Shown piece after piece: positions 1 through 11,230 of a DNA stretch of 64,000 bases. Each line of letters begins with the position of its first letter. Positions within the stretch are counted from its first letter, which is position 1. The DNA lies in contig CAJFCJ010000067.1 in NCBI GenBank assembly GCA_904063045.1, positions 22,391-86,390 on the forward strand, written 5' to 3'. The notes under the pieces are model-generated. The model searched no databases. It was given only the letters and a program-made list of their open reading frames with translations, and was not told where the DNA came from. The position numbers were made by a program, and so were the translations under genes. This DNA is from Dimorphilus gyrociliatus (taxonomy: Eukaryota; Animalia; Annelida).

Positions 1-230
1 ACAAATTAAATGTGATATAAAGATATAATTTAGCTCTCCAAAGTTCAAACGATTAAGAAATGCAATATCTTGTCTAATAAATATTTTACCCATTGAAAAG
101 CCAAAATGTTTACATAATAAATGAACATCATTTGATTGAAAAACTTGGATAAGACAGTAAATTTTTTGAATAGAAACTTGAAAACATCCAATGTAGTGTG
201 TAAAATTATGCTTCTGACCATAATCTTCTT

Positions 231-440
231 TCAGCTCATCAAATTTCGTAACCAGATGACTGTCCTAAAATTTCTGCAAGTAGGTAGGTAATGCCTATAA
301 GACCCAAAATCTTTCAGCCAGCACTCTTTACTCAGCTTATTATATTCCACACTTGTGCAAAAATGATCAGTTATACACGATTGAATACAAACATCTAATT
401 GAATATTTGCTATGATTCTCGTACCCTTTTCATTTTCCAT
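231..440 (-). pseudogene. PAN/apple-domain exon fragment abutting truncated Gypsy pol
   Basis: CIQSCITDHFCTSVEYNKLSKECWLK fits the PAN/apple C-x3-C-x5-C-x-S-x2-Y-x6-C-x-L spacing; near-identical copy at 6420-6629. Confidence 0.6.
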
Positions 441-441
441 T

Positions 442-3400
442 TTAAAAAATTACAAGTAGTGGTTGACAGCCATTTAGATACCATACAAGGTCTTCTTTTA
501 CAAACATAGATTCAATAAAGTTTCCATATTCATTCAAAGACCCATTATCAATGTTTTCTCCTTCCAATTTGTCTACAACTTTCATTAGTGGAGTATCTAA
601 TACTTGTTCTCTATAGAAGTTTATTTCAACTGGTGTGATTTTTAGTTTCATAATCTGGGCTTGGATTTCAGTTATGTCTTCATCATAATCATTGTCTAGA
701 TTGTCATCTAAACAATCATCTAATTCTTCTAAGTCCTCTGTATCAATATAAAAGCATTTAAGCATATCCTTTCTTTCTGCTAATTGGGGAACTGTATTGC
801 CATTTTGTTTTTCTTCATTTAATCTTTCCTTAAGTAAATTACGAAAATCAATTACTTCATCAGTTTCACCAATTCTTGATATCCAGTCTGCTCTATTAGT
901 TCTTCCTGGTATGTATATTATTTCAAAATCCATATCCATAAGTGCCATCACCCATTTAACAGTACTTGTATTCAGTTTGTTTTGTACAAATGTTTGTACC
1001 AAATTTTGGTGATCAGTGTAGAGAAAAAATTTCTTATACTGTAGATAATGGGAGAATTTTTGTACTGCCCAATATACTGCAAAAGCCTCTTTTTGATAAG
1101 CTGCATATCTTAGTTGTGTATTGATTAGGAGCTTGGAAGCAAAAGAAATTGGTTTTCTTATTTTCTTTCCATCTTCTTCCCATTCTTGTTCTAGAACTGC
1201 ACCAACTGCATAATTAGAAGCATCTGTTGTTAAATAGAATGATTTAGTAAAGTCTGGCAGTTGAAGGATTGGGGGCTCTGTCATTGCATTCCTTAGTGTT
1301 TCATAAGCTTCCTCTGCTTTTTTTGTCCATTTCAGTTTTTCTGTCTTTTGGTGTACTTTTAATAATTCTCTCAAATGTTTTGTGATTTTTGCAAAATCTT
1401 TAACAAATCTTCTATAATAACCACAAAATGCCACAAAACTCAACAGAGTATTTGCAAACATAGGTAATTTGGCATCTTTTATTTTCGGAATCTTTTCAGG
1501 ATCAGTTTCAATACCATTCTGTGTAATTCTATGACCAAGGAATTGAACTGATTCTTGTAAGAATGCACATTTGCTCAGTTTAATTCTAAAGTCTTTTTCC
1601 TTGATTCTTTCCATAAGTTTCTGTAGAGCTACAAAGTGTTCTTCCAATGTTTTGGTAAAAACTATAATATCATCCATATAATTAATGCAGAAGTTTTCCA
1701 ATCCATTAATAACAAAATTTGCCATGATATAGCTGAAGTGTGAAGGTGCATTTGCCAAACCAAATGGCATGCAGTTGAATTCAAATAAACCAAATGGTGT
1801 GATAAAAGCAGTTTTCTCCTTATCTTCTTCTTTGATTGGAATATGATGAAATGCACTTGTTAAATCCAATATAGAAAAATATTTGTGGCCTCCTCCAAGC
1901 TTATCAAATAAGTCTTCCTGATGTGGGATTGGATAACAATTCTTTTTTGATTGCTTGTTAAGTTTTCTGTAATCCACACACATTCTTAATGTTCCTTCTT
2001 TCTTTTTCACAAAAACAATGGGTGAAGCCCATTGGCTTTTGCTTGCTCTAATTAGACCATTTTCCAATAATCCATTTAATTGATCCCTGCATTCCTGCTG
2101 TTTGTTGGGTGGCAATCTGTATGGTCTTTGTTTGAAAGGCTTTATATCTTCCAATAATTCAATTGCCATTGGTGGAACATCTGGTGAACCAATGTCATTC
2201 TGATTTGTAGCAATAATATCTTCATAATTCTTTATCATTTCTTTTAATTCTTCTCTGTTCTTGTCAAGATTATTTTTGGACACATGTAAATAATTGTCAA
2301 TTTCTAGTGTATTTGAATTAATATTGTGTACATTTTGATTAGACAAATGTTCAAATTCAATACTTTCCAAATGTAATTCTTCTATTTCAGGAGTTACTGG
2401 ATTTTTCTTTTGTTCTTTTTCCACTTTGATAGTTATTCCATCTTCTAATTCTATGTATTGTGGTTTCATTTCCATTTCCATAGCCAAGTCTTCAGTTTCT
2501 TCTTCAGAGGAATTTATGAGAATAACTGAGTCATTGTCAGACTTAGGTATATTTCCAGTCTCTTCATCAGATGAGTCTATAACCATTATGGAATCATTGT
2601 CATACTCAATTGTGTTACTAGTCTCTTCTTCAGTTGAGTCTATAACAATCATTGAATCATTATCAGGCTCAGTTATGTTATCAAGCTCTTCCTCAGATGA
2701 GTCTATAACAATCATTGAACCATTATCAGAATCAGTTGAATCACTAATTTCATCTTCAGATGAGTTTGTACCATTGATTATATCCAAATCTGAGTCTAGG
2801 CTGTGATCTGATTCAATACTTGTTTCTGTATCATAATTTTCAGAAGTACTGGAACTTTCATCTGTGCCATAATTGCTATTTGAATCAAAACCATTGAATC
2901 CCTCATAAACTATGCTTGAACCATGAGTGTTGCTTGTATCATAGCCAGTATCTGGATCAGTAACTTCCATTTCTGAGTCCACACTATCTGAAACTTCAGA
3001 TGGAGTATCAAAAACTTCAGATGGAGTGTCAGAATCTTCAAAATACTGTCCCATCATTCCAACAGTTACTTTTTTTACACTGCCTTGTTTTCCAAATTTT
3101 GTTTGGTGATTTTCGTTATATTGCAAAAACTTTCTAACTGGTTGTCCTTTTCTGATAAAGAATGGAAGAGAAACTTGTTTTGTTGCAAAATCAATAAGAG
3201 CTCCAGCATTTTCTAAGAAATCACAACCAAGTATTATAGCCATATCTAGTTTTTCCATAATAAAGAATTCTTGTTCCATAATTCTTCCATTAAATTGAAT
3301 ATTCAGTTTTGTTTTTCCTTTTGTCTTTAAAGCATTTCCCTCTGCTGAAGTGATGATTGGTAAGCCAGTAGTTTCTTTCTTGATGAATTTAGAATCCATT

Positions 3401-4689
3401 AACCTAATTTCTTTTTCTGTAATAAATGACAAAAGTGCTCCTGAATCACATAAAGCAATAACCTCTCTTCCATTATGATTTTTCATTCGAAATTGGAAAT
3501 CTTTTCTGCCTTTTACCAAAGAAGTACACTTAAAATGTGCGATTTTCTCTTCTTTGAGATTAAATATTGCCATTCTTCCTTTAGAAATTTCAGTTTCATT
3601 AGGTTCATCAGGTCCAACATGTATTAGTCTGTTAAAGCTGCCTTTTTCATTATTTCCTGCATTTCCATTTCTTTGTTGTTGAAATCTATTTTGAGAAAAA
3701 GGTTTAAATGTATGTTCATTTTGATTTGAGTTACTCTGATTGTTGTCAAATCTCCTTTTGTACTGTTTGAATTCATTTTCGCTTTCTTTTCTTGCATTAT
3801 CAAAAAATATTTCTGCTCTTTTTGCCAATTTAATATACTGATTAACTGAGTTAATCTTTCCATCTTTTTCCACATGATTAACAATTTTTCCTTTAAGACC
3901 ATTCCTGAATACAGTTAACAGTTGAAGTTCTCTAACTCTTTCAGTAACACAAGCCATTTCAGTAGTATTGAATGGTAGGAATTTTTCCACAAGTTCTTTA
4001 CTTCTTCTAACAAAACTTTGGACAGTTTCATCATTGAACTGTCTCAATCTATCAATTTCTTTTTTGTAAGCCATAGGATCTGGATTAAATTCTTCATCCA
4101 ATGCATCCCAAATTTCATTTTCATTTGCCATGGAGGGTAAACTTTCAATAACATCTCTGGCTCTTCCAGTAGTGTATTTTCTCAGCATTCGAACTCTTTT
4201 CTCTTCTGTATCCCAAAGGTTTAATTCACAAGCTGTTTGAAAGTTCCTCTTAAAGGCCCAAGTATCTTTGCTACCAGAATAGGGTCTCAGCAAAGTAGTA
4301 TTAGGTTTCTCATTAGCATCAATTAGAAGACTTGCAATTGTCTTTTCCAAAGCATTATCTTGAATGCCATCATAACTGAATTTTGGTTGAGTAGGATCAG
4401 GATTAACCATACCTTCAGGAATTGTAGCTGCCCCAGTCATCAAATGGTACTTTAAAAAGCTATTACCATCAACTTTGGCTCCACTACTTTTAATTCTCAA
4501 CATTAATTCATTAATTTTTGAAAGATACTCATCTACTTCCTTGGCTCTGGCTTTGTCATTCTCATAAACCAAAATAACATTCATTGAAGTAGCATTGTGG
4601 GCTGTCGACTGCGCCATATTTGTACTTTGTTGTATTGTAATTGTAGGAATTTCTGGTTCGTCACAACTGTAATCGTCCTTTCCAATCAT
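442..4689 (-). CDS. Gag-Pol polyprotein (gag, aspartic protease, acidic spacer, RT, RNase H) in a single frame
   Basis: Protease LCDSGA...ILGCDFL; [36 protein letters not shown]; RNase H TTDASNYAVGAVL, E, YTDHQ, N-RAD. Confidence 0.95.
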   Translation of the reverse strand: MIGKDDYSCDEPEIPTITIQQSTNMAQSTAHNATSMNVILVYENDKARAKEVDEYLSKINELMLRIKSSGAKVDGNSFLKYHLMTGAATIPEGMVNPDPTQPKFSYDGIQDNALEKTIASLLIDANEKPNTTLLRPYSGSKDTWAFKRNFQTACELNLWDTEEKRVRMLRKYTTGRARDVIESLPSMANENEIWDALDEEFNPDPMAYKKEIDRLRQFNDETVQSFVRRSKELVEKFLPFNTTEMACVTERVRELQLLTVFRNGLKGKIVNHVEKDGKINSVNQYIKLAKRAEIFFDNARKESENEFKQYKRRFDNNQSNSNQNEHTFKPFSQNRFQQQRNGNAGNNEKGSFNRLIHVGPDEPNETEISKGRMAIFNLKEEKIAHFKCTSLVKGRKDFQFRMKNHNGREVIALCDSGALLSFITEKEIRLMDSKFIKKETTGLPIITSAEGNALKTKGKTKLNIQFNGRIMEQEFFIMEKLDMAIILGCDFLENAGALIDFATKQVSLPFFIRKGQPVRKFLQYNENHQTKFGKQGSVKKVTVGMMGQYFEDSDTPSEVFDTPSEVSDSVDSEMEVTDPDTGYDTSNTHGSSIVYEGFNGFDSNSNYGTDESSSTSENYDTETSIESDHSLDSDLDIINGTNSSEDEISDSTDSDNGSMIVIDSSEEELDNITEPDNDSMIVIDSTEEETSNTIEYDNDSIMVIDSSDEETGNIPKSDNDSVILINSSEEETEDLAMEMEMKPQYIELEDGITIKVEKEQKKNPVTPEIEELHLESIEFEHLSNQNVHNINSNTLEIDNYLHVSKNNLDKNREELKEMIKNYEDIIATNQNDIGSPDVPPMAIELLEDIKPFKQRPYRLPPNKQQECRDQLNGLLENGLIRASKSQWASPIVFVKKKEGTLRMCVDYRKLNKQSKKNCYPIPHQEDLFDKLGGGHKYFSILDLTSAFHHIPIKEEDKEKTAFITPFGLFEFNCMPFGLANAPSHFSYIMANFVINGLENFCINYMDDIIVFTKTLEEHFVALQKLMERIKEKDFRIKLSKCAFLQESVQFLGHRITQNGIETDPEKIPKIKDAKLPMFANTLLSFVAFCGYYRRFVKDFAKITKHLRELLKVHQKTEKLKWTKKAEEAYETLRNAMTEPPILQLPDFTKSFYLTTDASNYAVGAVLEQEWEEDGKKIRKPISFASKLLINTQLRYAAYQKEAFAVYWAVQKFSHYLQYKKFFLYTDHQNLVQTFVQNKLNTSTVKWVMALMDMDFEIIYIPGRTNRADWISRIGETDEVIDFRNLLKERLNEEKQNGNTVPQLAERKDMLKCFYIDTEDLEELDDCLDDNLDNDYDEDITEIQAQIMKLKITPVEINFYREQVLDTPLMKVVDKLEGENIDNGSLNEYGNFIESMFVKEDLVWYLNGCQPLLVIF
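2505..2765 (-). repeat. 63-bp (21-aa) coding tandem repeat, DNxS[MIV][IM][VL]I[DN]S[ST][ED]EE, four units
   Basis: GAGTCTAT recurs at ~63-bp spacing; SDNGSMIVIDSSEEE / DNDSMIVIDSTEEE / DNDSIMVIDSSDEE / SDNDSVILINSSEEE; also at ~8695-8955. Confidence 0.9.
4606..4616 (-). promoter_or_regulatory. Primer-binding site TGGCGCAGTCG (tRNA-Ser type)
   Basis: 4 nt after the LTR end ...CAACAAAGTACA; matches the first 11 nt of the known tRNA-Ser PBS TGGCGCAGTCGGTAGGAT of 17.6/297-type elements. Confidence 0.8.
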
Positions 4690-5555
4690 TTACCAACTTG
4701 CCAAAGTACTGGTCCAAATAGAACCTTTAAAGTTCGTCCACAAATAGTCTAACAAAGGCAATTTCGGTAGAAATTGATTAACAAAACACCAGTATTTCGT
4801 CCAAAGAATATGTATTGAGTAAAATGAGCTTCTAGTTCTAAACAAGCTAGTTTAAACAACTAGCTGACGGTTAGAAAACTGAACTATCAACTGTTAATTT
4901 CGTAGGGTTTATATACTCTTTTAAGGGTTGATAGTTCACAAATTTCAATGTTCACAAAAACAAAAGTAACATTTGAAGACAAAGAAAAGTTCTAAATATG
5001 GTCATGTTTTTATTGTTTTCCTCTTCTAAATAATAGTTGAATTTCGAAGGTTGGAGAGTTGCATAAGATGTAACAATTTTAGTAGGACAAGTCCAACAAT
5101 CAAGAAAACATGTAGATTGTATATTTGACCGTTTTTATATTCTACCTTAATAATGATATTCAATTGATTGAGTTAGTAAATTTAGCATCAGCATATAAGG
5201 AGGAAGTATATCTGATTAATGCATGTTAAAAAGAACAGTATTGTGTATACAATACTGTTGAATAGTGAATATAATCTAACCTTAGAATTTAAGCATAATT
5301 GATAATTAATTGAACTAGTTTTAGTTCGAAATCATAAATTTATGGATTAATAAATTGTAATATTAATGCTAGGTTGCAAATAGCAAATATTCTTTATATA
5401 ATTCAATAGGTTTTATTACTGCATAATGTGTATGCACTGCCCTATGCGAAACTAGGTCACTACTGCTTATCTTTATCAGTGCTATCTGCATAGTACAATA
5501 CTGGTTCAATACTACTTCTCTATTGTAGAATATAGCTGACGAATGTATGTGTACA
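4621..5555 (-). repeat. G1 5' LTR (935 bp, TGTACA...GTACA)
   Basis: Near-identical to 32375-33309, which has TG...CA ends and a 5-bp TSD. Confidence 0.9.
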
Positions 5556-5796
5556 CTAAAGTTGAGCAATAAGCACTTTCTCTCTACAATTTATTTTTAT
5601 TTCTGAAAATAATATGGCTAACGTGTCAAATGGAATTTCTTGGAATAAATCTCATATGCTCTGCAAATGGCGTAAATTCACTACTTATATTACTCAGTGA
5701 CGTAGATATATTTTGATTCTTATAGAATCTTTTTCATAAATTCTTAATGTAAAAAATAAAACATTTAAAAGATCTTCTCATTCAAATTTCATATGT

Positions 5797-6282
5797 TCAT
5801 ATATTACTTGAGAGTAGGATATTGCCATTTTGCCTGTTTGTGATAGTTGATATAAGGAAAATTAGATATTCAGTAATGAACTGATTTTGAAATGATAAGA
5901 ATGTTATTGACATCATATTTTGTAATTGACAAAAGTTTTCTTGATATTTTATTATTTGAGGTTGTTTAAGAATGAACACTTGATAGCATATACTTTCAAT
6001 ACTGTTCATGTTCTTACCAAGGCATTCAATTGTTTGAGTTGTTTTATGACAATTTATAGTTATTTTCCCATATCCCTGTAATACAATATGGTGTCTTGGA
6101 GGTACAGAGTGGTTGACCACAGAACAAAACATATTCTCTACAAACTTTTCAACAATTTGACAATTCGTAACATCTGTTTCATTTTTTGAACAAATTAAAT
6201 GTGATATAAAGATATAATTTAGCTCTCCAAAGTTCAAACGATTAAGAAATGCAATATCTTGTCTAATAAATATTTTACCCAT
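5797..6282 (-). CDS. Possible host exon(s), uncharacterised
   Basis: 161-aa ORF just downstream of the PAN exon in non-TE sequence; no motif recognised. Confidence 0.25.
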   Translation of the reverse strand: MGKIFIRQDIAFLNRLNFGELNYIFISHLICSKNETDVTNCQIVEKFVENMFCSVVNHSVPPRHHIVLQGYGKITINCHKTTQTIECLGKNMNSIESICYQVFILKQPQIIKYQENFCQLQNMMSITFLSFQNQFITEYLIFLISTITNRQNGNILLSSNI

Positions 6283-6419
6283 TGAAAAGCCAAAATGTTT
6301 ACATAATAAATGAACATCATTTGATTGAAAAACTTGGATAAGACAGTAAATTTTTTGAATAGAAACTTGAAAACGTCCAATGTAGTGTGTAAAATTATGC
6401 TTCTGACCATAATCTTGTT

Positions 6420-6629
6420 TCAGCTCATCAAATTTCGTAACCAGATGACTGTCCTAAAATTTCTGCAAGTAGGTAGGTAATGCCTATAAGACCCAAAATC
6501 TTTCAGCCAGCACTCTTTACTCAGCTTATTATATTCCACACTTGTGCAAAAATGATCAGTTATACACGATTGAATACAAACATCTAATTGAATATTTGCT
6601 ATGATTCTCATACCCTTTTCATTTTCCAT
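6420..6629 (-). pseudogene. PAN/apple-domain exon fragment, copy 2
   Basis: Same as 231-440 with one amino-acid change. Confidence 0.6.
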
Positions 6630-6630
6630 T

Positions 6631-9600
6631 TTAAAAAATTACAAGTAGTGGTTGACAGCCATTTAGATACCATACAAGGTCTTCTTTTACAAACATAGAT
6701 TCAATAAAGTTTCCATATTCATTCAAAGACCCATTATCAATGTTTTCTCCTTCCAATTTGTCTACAACTTTCATTAGTGGAGTATCTAATACTTGTTCTC
6801 TATAGAAGTTTATTTCAACTGGTGTGATTTTTAGTTTCATAATCTGGGCTTGGATTTCAGTTATGTCTTCATCATAATCATTGTCTAGATTGTCATCTAA
6901 ACAATCATCTAATTCTTCTAAGTCCTCTGTATCAATATAAAAGCATTTAAGCATATCCTTTCTTTCTGCTAATTGGGGAACTGTATTGCCATTTTGTTTT
7001 TCTTCATTTAATCTTTCCTTAAGTAAATTACGAAAATCAATTACTTCATCAGTTTCACCAATTCTTGATATCCAGTCTGCTCTATTAGTTCTTCCTGGTA
7101 TGTATATTATTTCAAAATCCATATCCATAAGTGCCATCACCCATTTAACAGTACTTGTATTCAGTTTGTTTTGTACAAATGTTTGTACCAAATTTTGGTG
7201 ATCAGTGTAGAGAAAAAATTTCTTATACTGTAGATAATGGGAGAATTTTTGTACTGCCCAATATACTGCAAAAGCCTCTTTTTGATAAGCTGCATATCTT
7301 AGTTGTGTATTGATTAGGAGCTTGGAAGCAAAAGAAATTGGTTTTCTTATTTTCTTTCCATCTTCTTCCCATTCTTGTTCTAGAACTGCACCAACTGCAT
7401 AATTAGAAGCATCTGTTGTTAAATAGAATGATTTAGTAAAGTCTGGCAGTTGAAGGATTGGGGGCTCTGTCATTGCATTCCTTAGTGTTTCATAAGCTTC
7501 CTCTGCTTTTTTTGTCCATTTCAGTTTTTCTGTCTTTTGGTGTACTTTTAATAATTCTCTCAAATGTTTTGTGATTTTTGCAAAATCTTTAACAAATCTT
7601 CTATAATAACCACAAAATGCCACAAAACTCAACAGAGTATTTGCAAACATAGGTAATTTGGCATCTTTTATTTTCGGAATCTTTTCAGGATCAGTTTCAA
7701 TACCATTCTGTGTAATTCTATGACCAAGGAATTGAACTGATTCTTGTAAGAATGCACATTTGCTCAGTTTAATTCTAAAGTCTTTTTCCTTGATTCTTTC
7801 CATAAGTTTCTGTAGAGCTACAAAGTGTTCTTCCAATGTTTTGGTAAAAACTATAATATCATCCATATAATTAATGCAGAAGTTTTCCAATCCATTAATA
7901 ACAAAATTTGCCATGATATAGCTGAAGTGTGAAGGTGCATTTGCCAAACCAAATGGCATGCAGTTGAATTCAAATAAACCAAATGGTGTGATAAAAGCAG
8001 TTTTCTCCTTATCTTCTTCTTTGATTGGAATATGATGAAATGCACTTGTTAAATCCAATATAGAAAAATATTTGTGGCCTCCTCCAAGCTTATCAAATAA
8101 GTCTTCCTGATGTGGGATTGGATAACAATTCTTTTTTGATTGCTTGTTAAGTTTTCTGTAATCCACACACATTCTTAATGTTCCTTCTTTCTTTTTCACA
8201 AAAACAATGGGTGAAGCCCATTGGCTTTTGCTTGCTCTAATTAGACCATTTTCCAATAATCCATTTAATTGATCCCTGCATTCCTGCTGTTTGTTGGGTG
8301 GCAATCTGTATGGTCTTTGTTTGAAAGGCTTTATATCTTCCAATAATTCAATTGCCATTGGTGGAACATCTGGTGAACCAATGTCATTCTGATTTGTAGC
8401 AATAATATCTTCATAATTCTTTATCATTTCTTTTAATTCTTCTCTGTTCTTGTCAAGATTATTTTTGGACACATGTAAATAATTGTCAATTTCTAGTGTA
8501 TTTGAATTAATATTGTGTACATTTTGATTAGACAAATGTTCAAATTCAATACTTTCCAAATGTAATTCTTCTATTTCAGGAGTTACTGGATTTTTCTTTT
8601 GTTCTTTTTCCACTTTGATAGTTATTCCATCTTCTAATTCTATGTATTGTGGTTTCATTTCCATTTCCATAGCCAAGTCTTCAGTTTCTTCTTCAGAGGA
8701 ATTTATGAGAATAACTGAGTCATTGTCAGACTTAGGTATATTTCCAGTCTCTTCATCAGATGAGTCTATAACCATTATGGAATCATTGTCATACTCAATT
8801 GTGTTACTAGTCTCTTCTTCAGATGAGTCTATAACAATCATTGAATCATTATCAGGCTCAGTTATGTTATCAAGCTCTTCCTCAGATGAGTCTATAACAA
8901 TCATTGAACCATTATCAGAATCAGTTGAATCACTAATTTCATCTTCAGATGAGCTTGTACCATTGATTATATCCAAATCTGAGTCTGGGCTGTGATCTGA
9001 TTCAATACTTGTTTCTGTATCATAATTTTCAGAAGTACTGGAACTTTCATCTGTGCCATAATTGCTATTTGAACCAAACCATTGAATCCCTCATAAACTA
9101 TGCTTAAACCATGAGTGTTGCTTGTATCATAGCCAGTATCTGGATCAGTAACTTCCATTACTGAGTCCACACTATCTGAAACTTCAGATGGAGTATCAAA
9201 AACTTCAGATTGAGTGTCAGAATCTTCAAAATACTGTCCCATCATTCCAACAGTTACTTTTTTTACACTGCCTTGTTTTCCAAATTTTGTTTGGTGATTT
9301 TCGTTATATTGCAAAAACTTTCTAACTGGTTGTCCTTTTCTGATAAAGAATGGAAGAGAAACTTGTTTTGTTGCAAAATCAATAAGAGCTCCAGCATTTT
9401 CTAAGAAATCACAACCAAGTATTATAGCCATATCTAGTTTTTCCATAATAAAGAATTCTTGTTCCATAATTCTTCCATTAAATTGAATATTCAGTTTTGT
9501 TTTTCCTTTTGTCTTTAAAGCATTTCCCTCTGCTGAAGTGATGATTGGTAACCCAGTAGTTTCTTTCTTGATGAATTTAGAATCCATTAACCTGATTTCT

Positions 9601-9972
9601 TTTTCTGTAATAAATGACAAAAGTGCTCCTGAATCACATAAAGCAATAACCTCTCTTCCATTATGATTTTACATTCGAAATTGGAAATCTTTTCTGCCTT
9701 TTACCAAAGAAGTACACATAAAATGTGTGATTTTCTCTTCTTTGAGATTAAATATTGCCATTCTTCCTTTAGAAATTTCAGTTTCATTAGGTTCATCAGG
9801 TCCAACGTGTATTAGTCTGTTAAAGCTGCCTTTTTCATTATTTCCTGCATTTCCATTTCTTTGTTGTTGAAATCTATTTTGAGAAAAAGGTTTAAATGTA
9901 TGTTCATTTTGATTTGAGTTACTCTGATTGTTGTCAAATCTCCTTTTGTACTGTTTGAATTCATTTTTGCTT
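6631..9972 (-). mobile_element. G1 Gypsy copy 2 (gag end-PR-spacer-RT-RNaseH), frameshifted and 5'-truncated
   Basis: ORFs 6631-8976, 8967-9620 and 9669-9992 match 442-4689; 1-bp deletion near 9075; stop TAA in place of AAA at ~9669. Confidence 0.95.
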
Positions 9973-10217
9973 TCTACCAACCATTTTATCACAAGCTACA
10001 AGAGGAAACATTCAAAATTTGATTGAAAAAATCACAATAAAAAAACAAACTTGACTTTTCAACATAAATTTGTGGGTGAATATCAAAAGTTGAATTAATT
10101 AAGATAAAGTATAGAAAAAAGTTGTCTTTTTTATTTATAAAAGGCCTATAAATGTTTTTTTTTGCTTCTGTCGTGTTTGGTTCAGAATTTTTTCATAAAA
10201 TAGGAAAATATTACAAA

Positions 10218-10650
10218 TGTACTTTGTTGCATTGTAATTGCAGGAATTTCTGCTTCTTGAGAACAATATTTGTCGTTTTGAATGATTGATGAACTGACAA
10301 AAGTACTAGTCCTAATAGAACCCTTTAAGTTTGTCCACAATCAGTCTTAACAAATGTAAAAATAAATAACAAAACACCAGTATATCACTATAGCACAGGC
10401 CTACCTCATCAGCACCTGCTATTGCATAAAATGTAACAACTTTGGCATGCATCTTTTCTATGTTCTTTGTTTCCTTTATTTATTGCATAGTGGCTCCATC
10501 TAATATGGGTGAAAATAGACTTCTTTCTAAAGTTCTAAAGTCTTACTATACAAAATAAAAGCTTTTATAAAGTTGGACCATTATAATTGCCACGAAATAG
10601 AAGTTATTCCAAAGTTCAATTATATATCTAAAGTCTAAATATCAGTATGT
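10218..10650 (-). repeat. Diverged G1-related LTR remnant
   Basis: TGTACTTTGTTGCATTGTAATTGCAGGAATTTCTG and ACAAAACACCAGTAT match the G1 LTR 3' end; 10480-10650 matches the 41.2-42.9 kb array in reverse complement. Confidence 0.7.
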
Positions 10651-11024
10651 CATTATGTCTAATTGTACTCAACCCAAAATCTAACATTAAAAAACCTGGT
10701 TTGCGGTTGTTTTCCATGAACACAATCAAAATTTACAGTGTCCATTTTTTCTTGTTGTTTACTATATATCTATTTAAGGCTATAGGCGACAGTGATCAGC
10801 ATAACTCTATAGAATTGATCCAGTATCTAGTGGGTCAAGTCAATGTAACTATTACAAATCGTAGATTAATTAATTTAGGGTGGACAGTTGTTAATCAACA
10901 ACTACATAATAGTTCTTATTCTATTTAAATATGAATAAGGCAGGAACATTACTTGTTTCTTGTAATATTTATTGACTTTTATCTATTGGTGGTGTTGTGC
11001 TTGGACTAGTTCCATGTGGGGTTG

Positions 11025-11230
11025 ACAGAAAAAGCCCACAGACAGAAAAGGCTAGGTATAGCCAAGTGCAGGGTTAATGTTAGGGTTAGGGTAAAACCAG
11101 ACGTTTTCTATCACATTCATAAATTAAATGCTAATCCTTATTTTATTTCTTTATAATAATACCATGAAAATAAATAAAACAAGTATAATTTTGCAGGGTT
11201 AGGGTTAGGGTTAGGTCTTGGGGTTAGGGA
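11025..11230 (+). repeat. TTAGGG-containing dispersed repeat fragment
   Basis: GTGGGGTTGACAGAAAA motif, then TTAGGGTTAGGG at ~11080 and GGGTTAGGGTTAGGGTTAGG at ~11196. Confidence 0.6.

Larger units (their letters stand above)
442..5555 (-). mobile_element. Ty3/Gypsy family G1, 3'-truncated (5' LTR, PBS, gag-PR-RT-RNaseH; no integrase, env or 3' LTR)
   Basis: LTR 4621-5555, PBS, and a 1415-aa ORF that stops just before the integrase Zn finger. Confidence 0.95.
1..9972. repeat. Tandem duplication, period 6189 bp (1-3783 repeated at 6190-9972)
   Basis: ACAAATTAAATGTGATATAAAG at 1 and 6190; ORFs offset by exactly 6189 (231/6420, 797/6986, 2426/8615); homology ends inside gag at ~9972. Confidence 0.95.

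Noticed and set aside
797-2806. Antisense ORFs over Gypsy pol (also 8615-8995, 51762-52220, 52473-52787, 62260-62640)
   Set aside because: Shadow ORFs of the coding strand with no independent features.
10660-10740. DFGLS kinase-like motif on the minus strand
   Set aside because: No HRD or other kinase subdomains, and stops are nearby; likely chance.
11079-11230. TTAGGG tracts as a true or fused telomere
   Set aside because: Only 2-4 imperfect units, all on one strand, embedded in a dispersed repeat.
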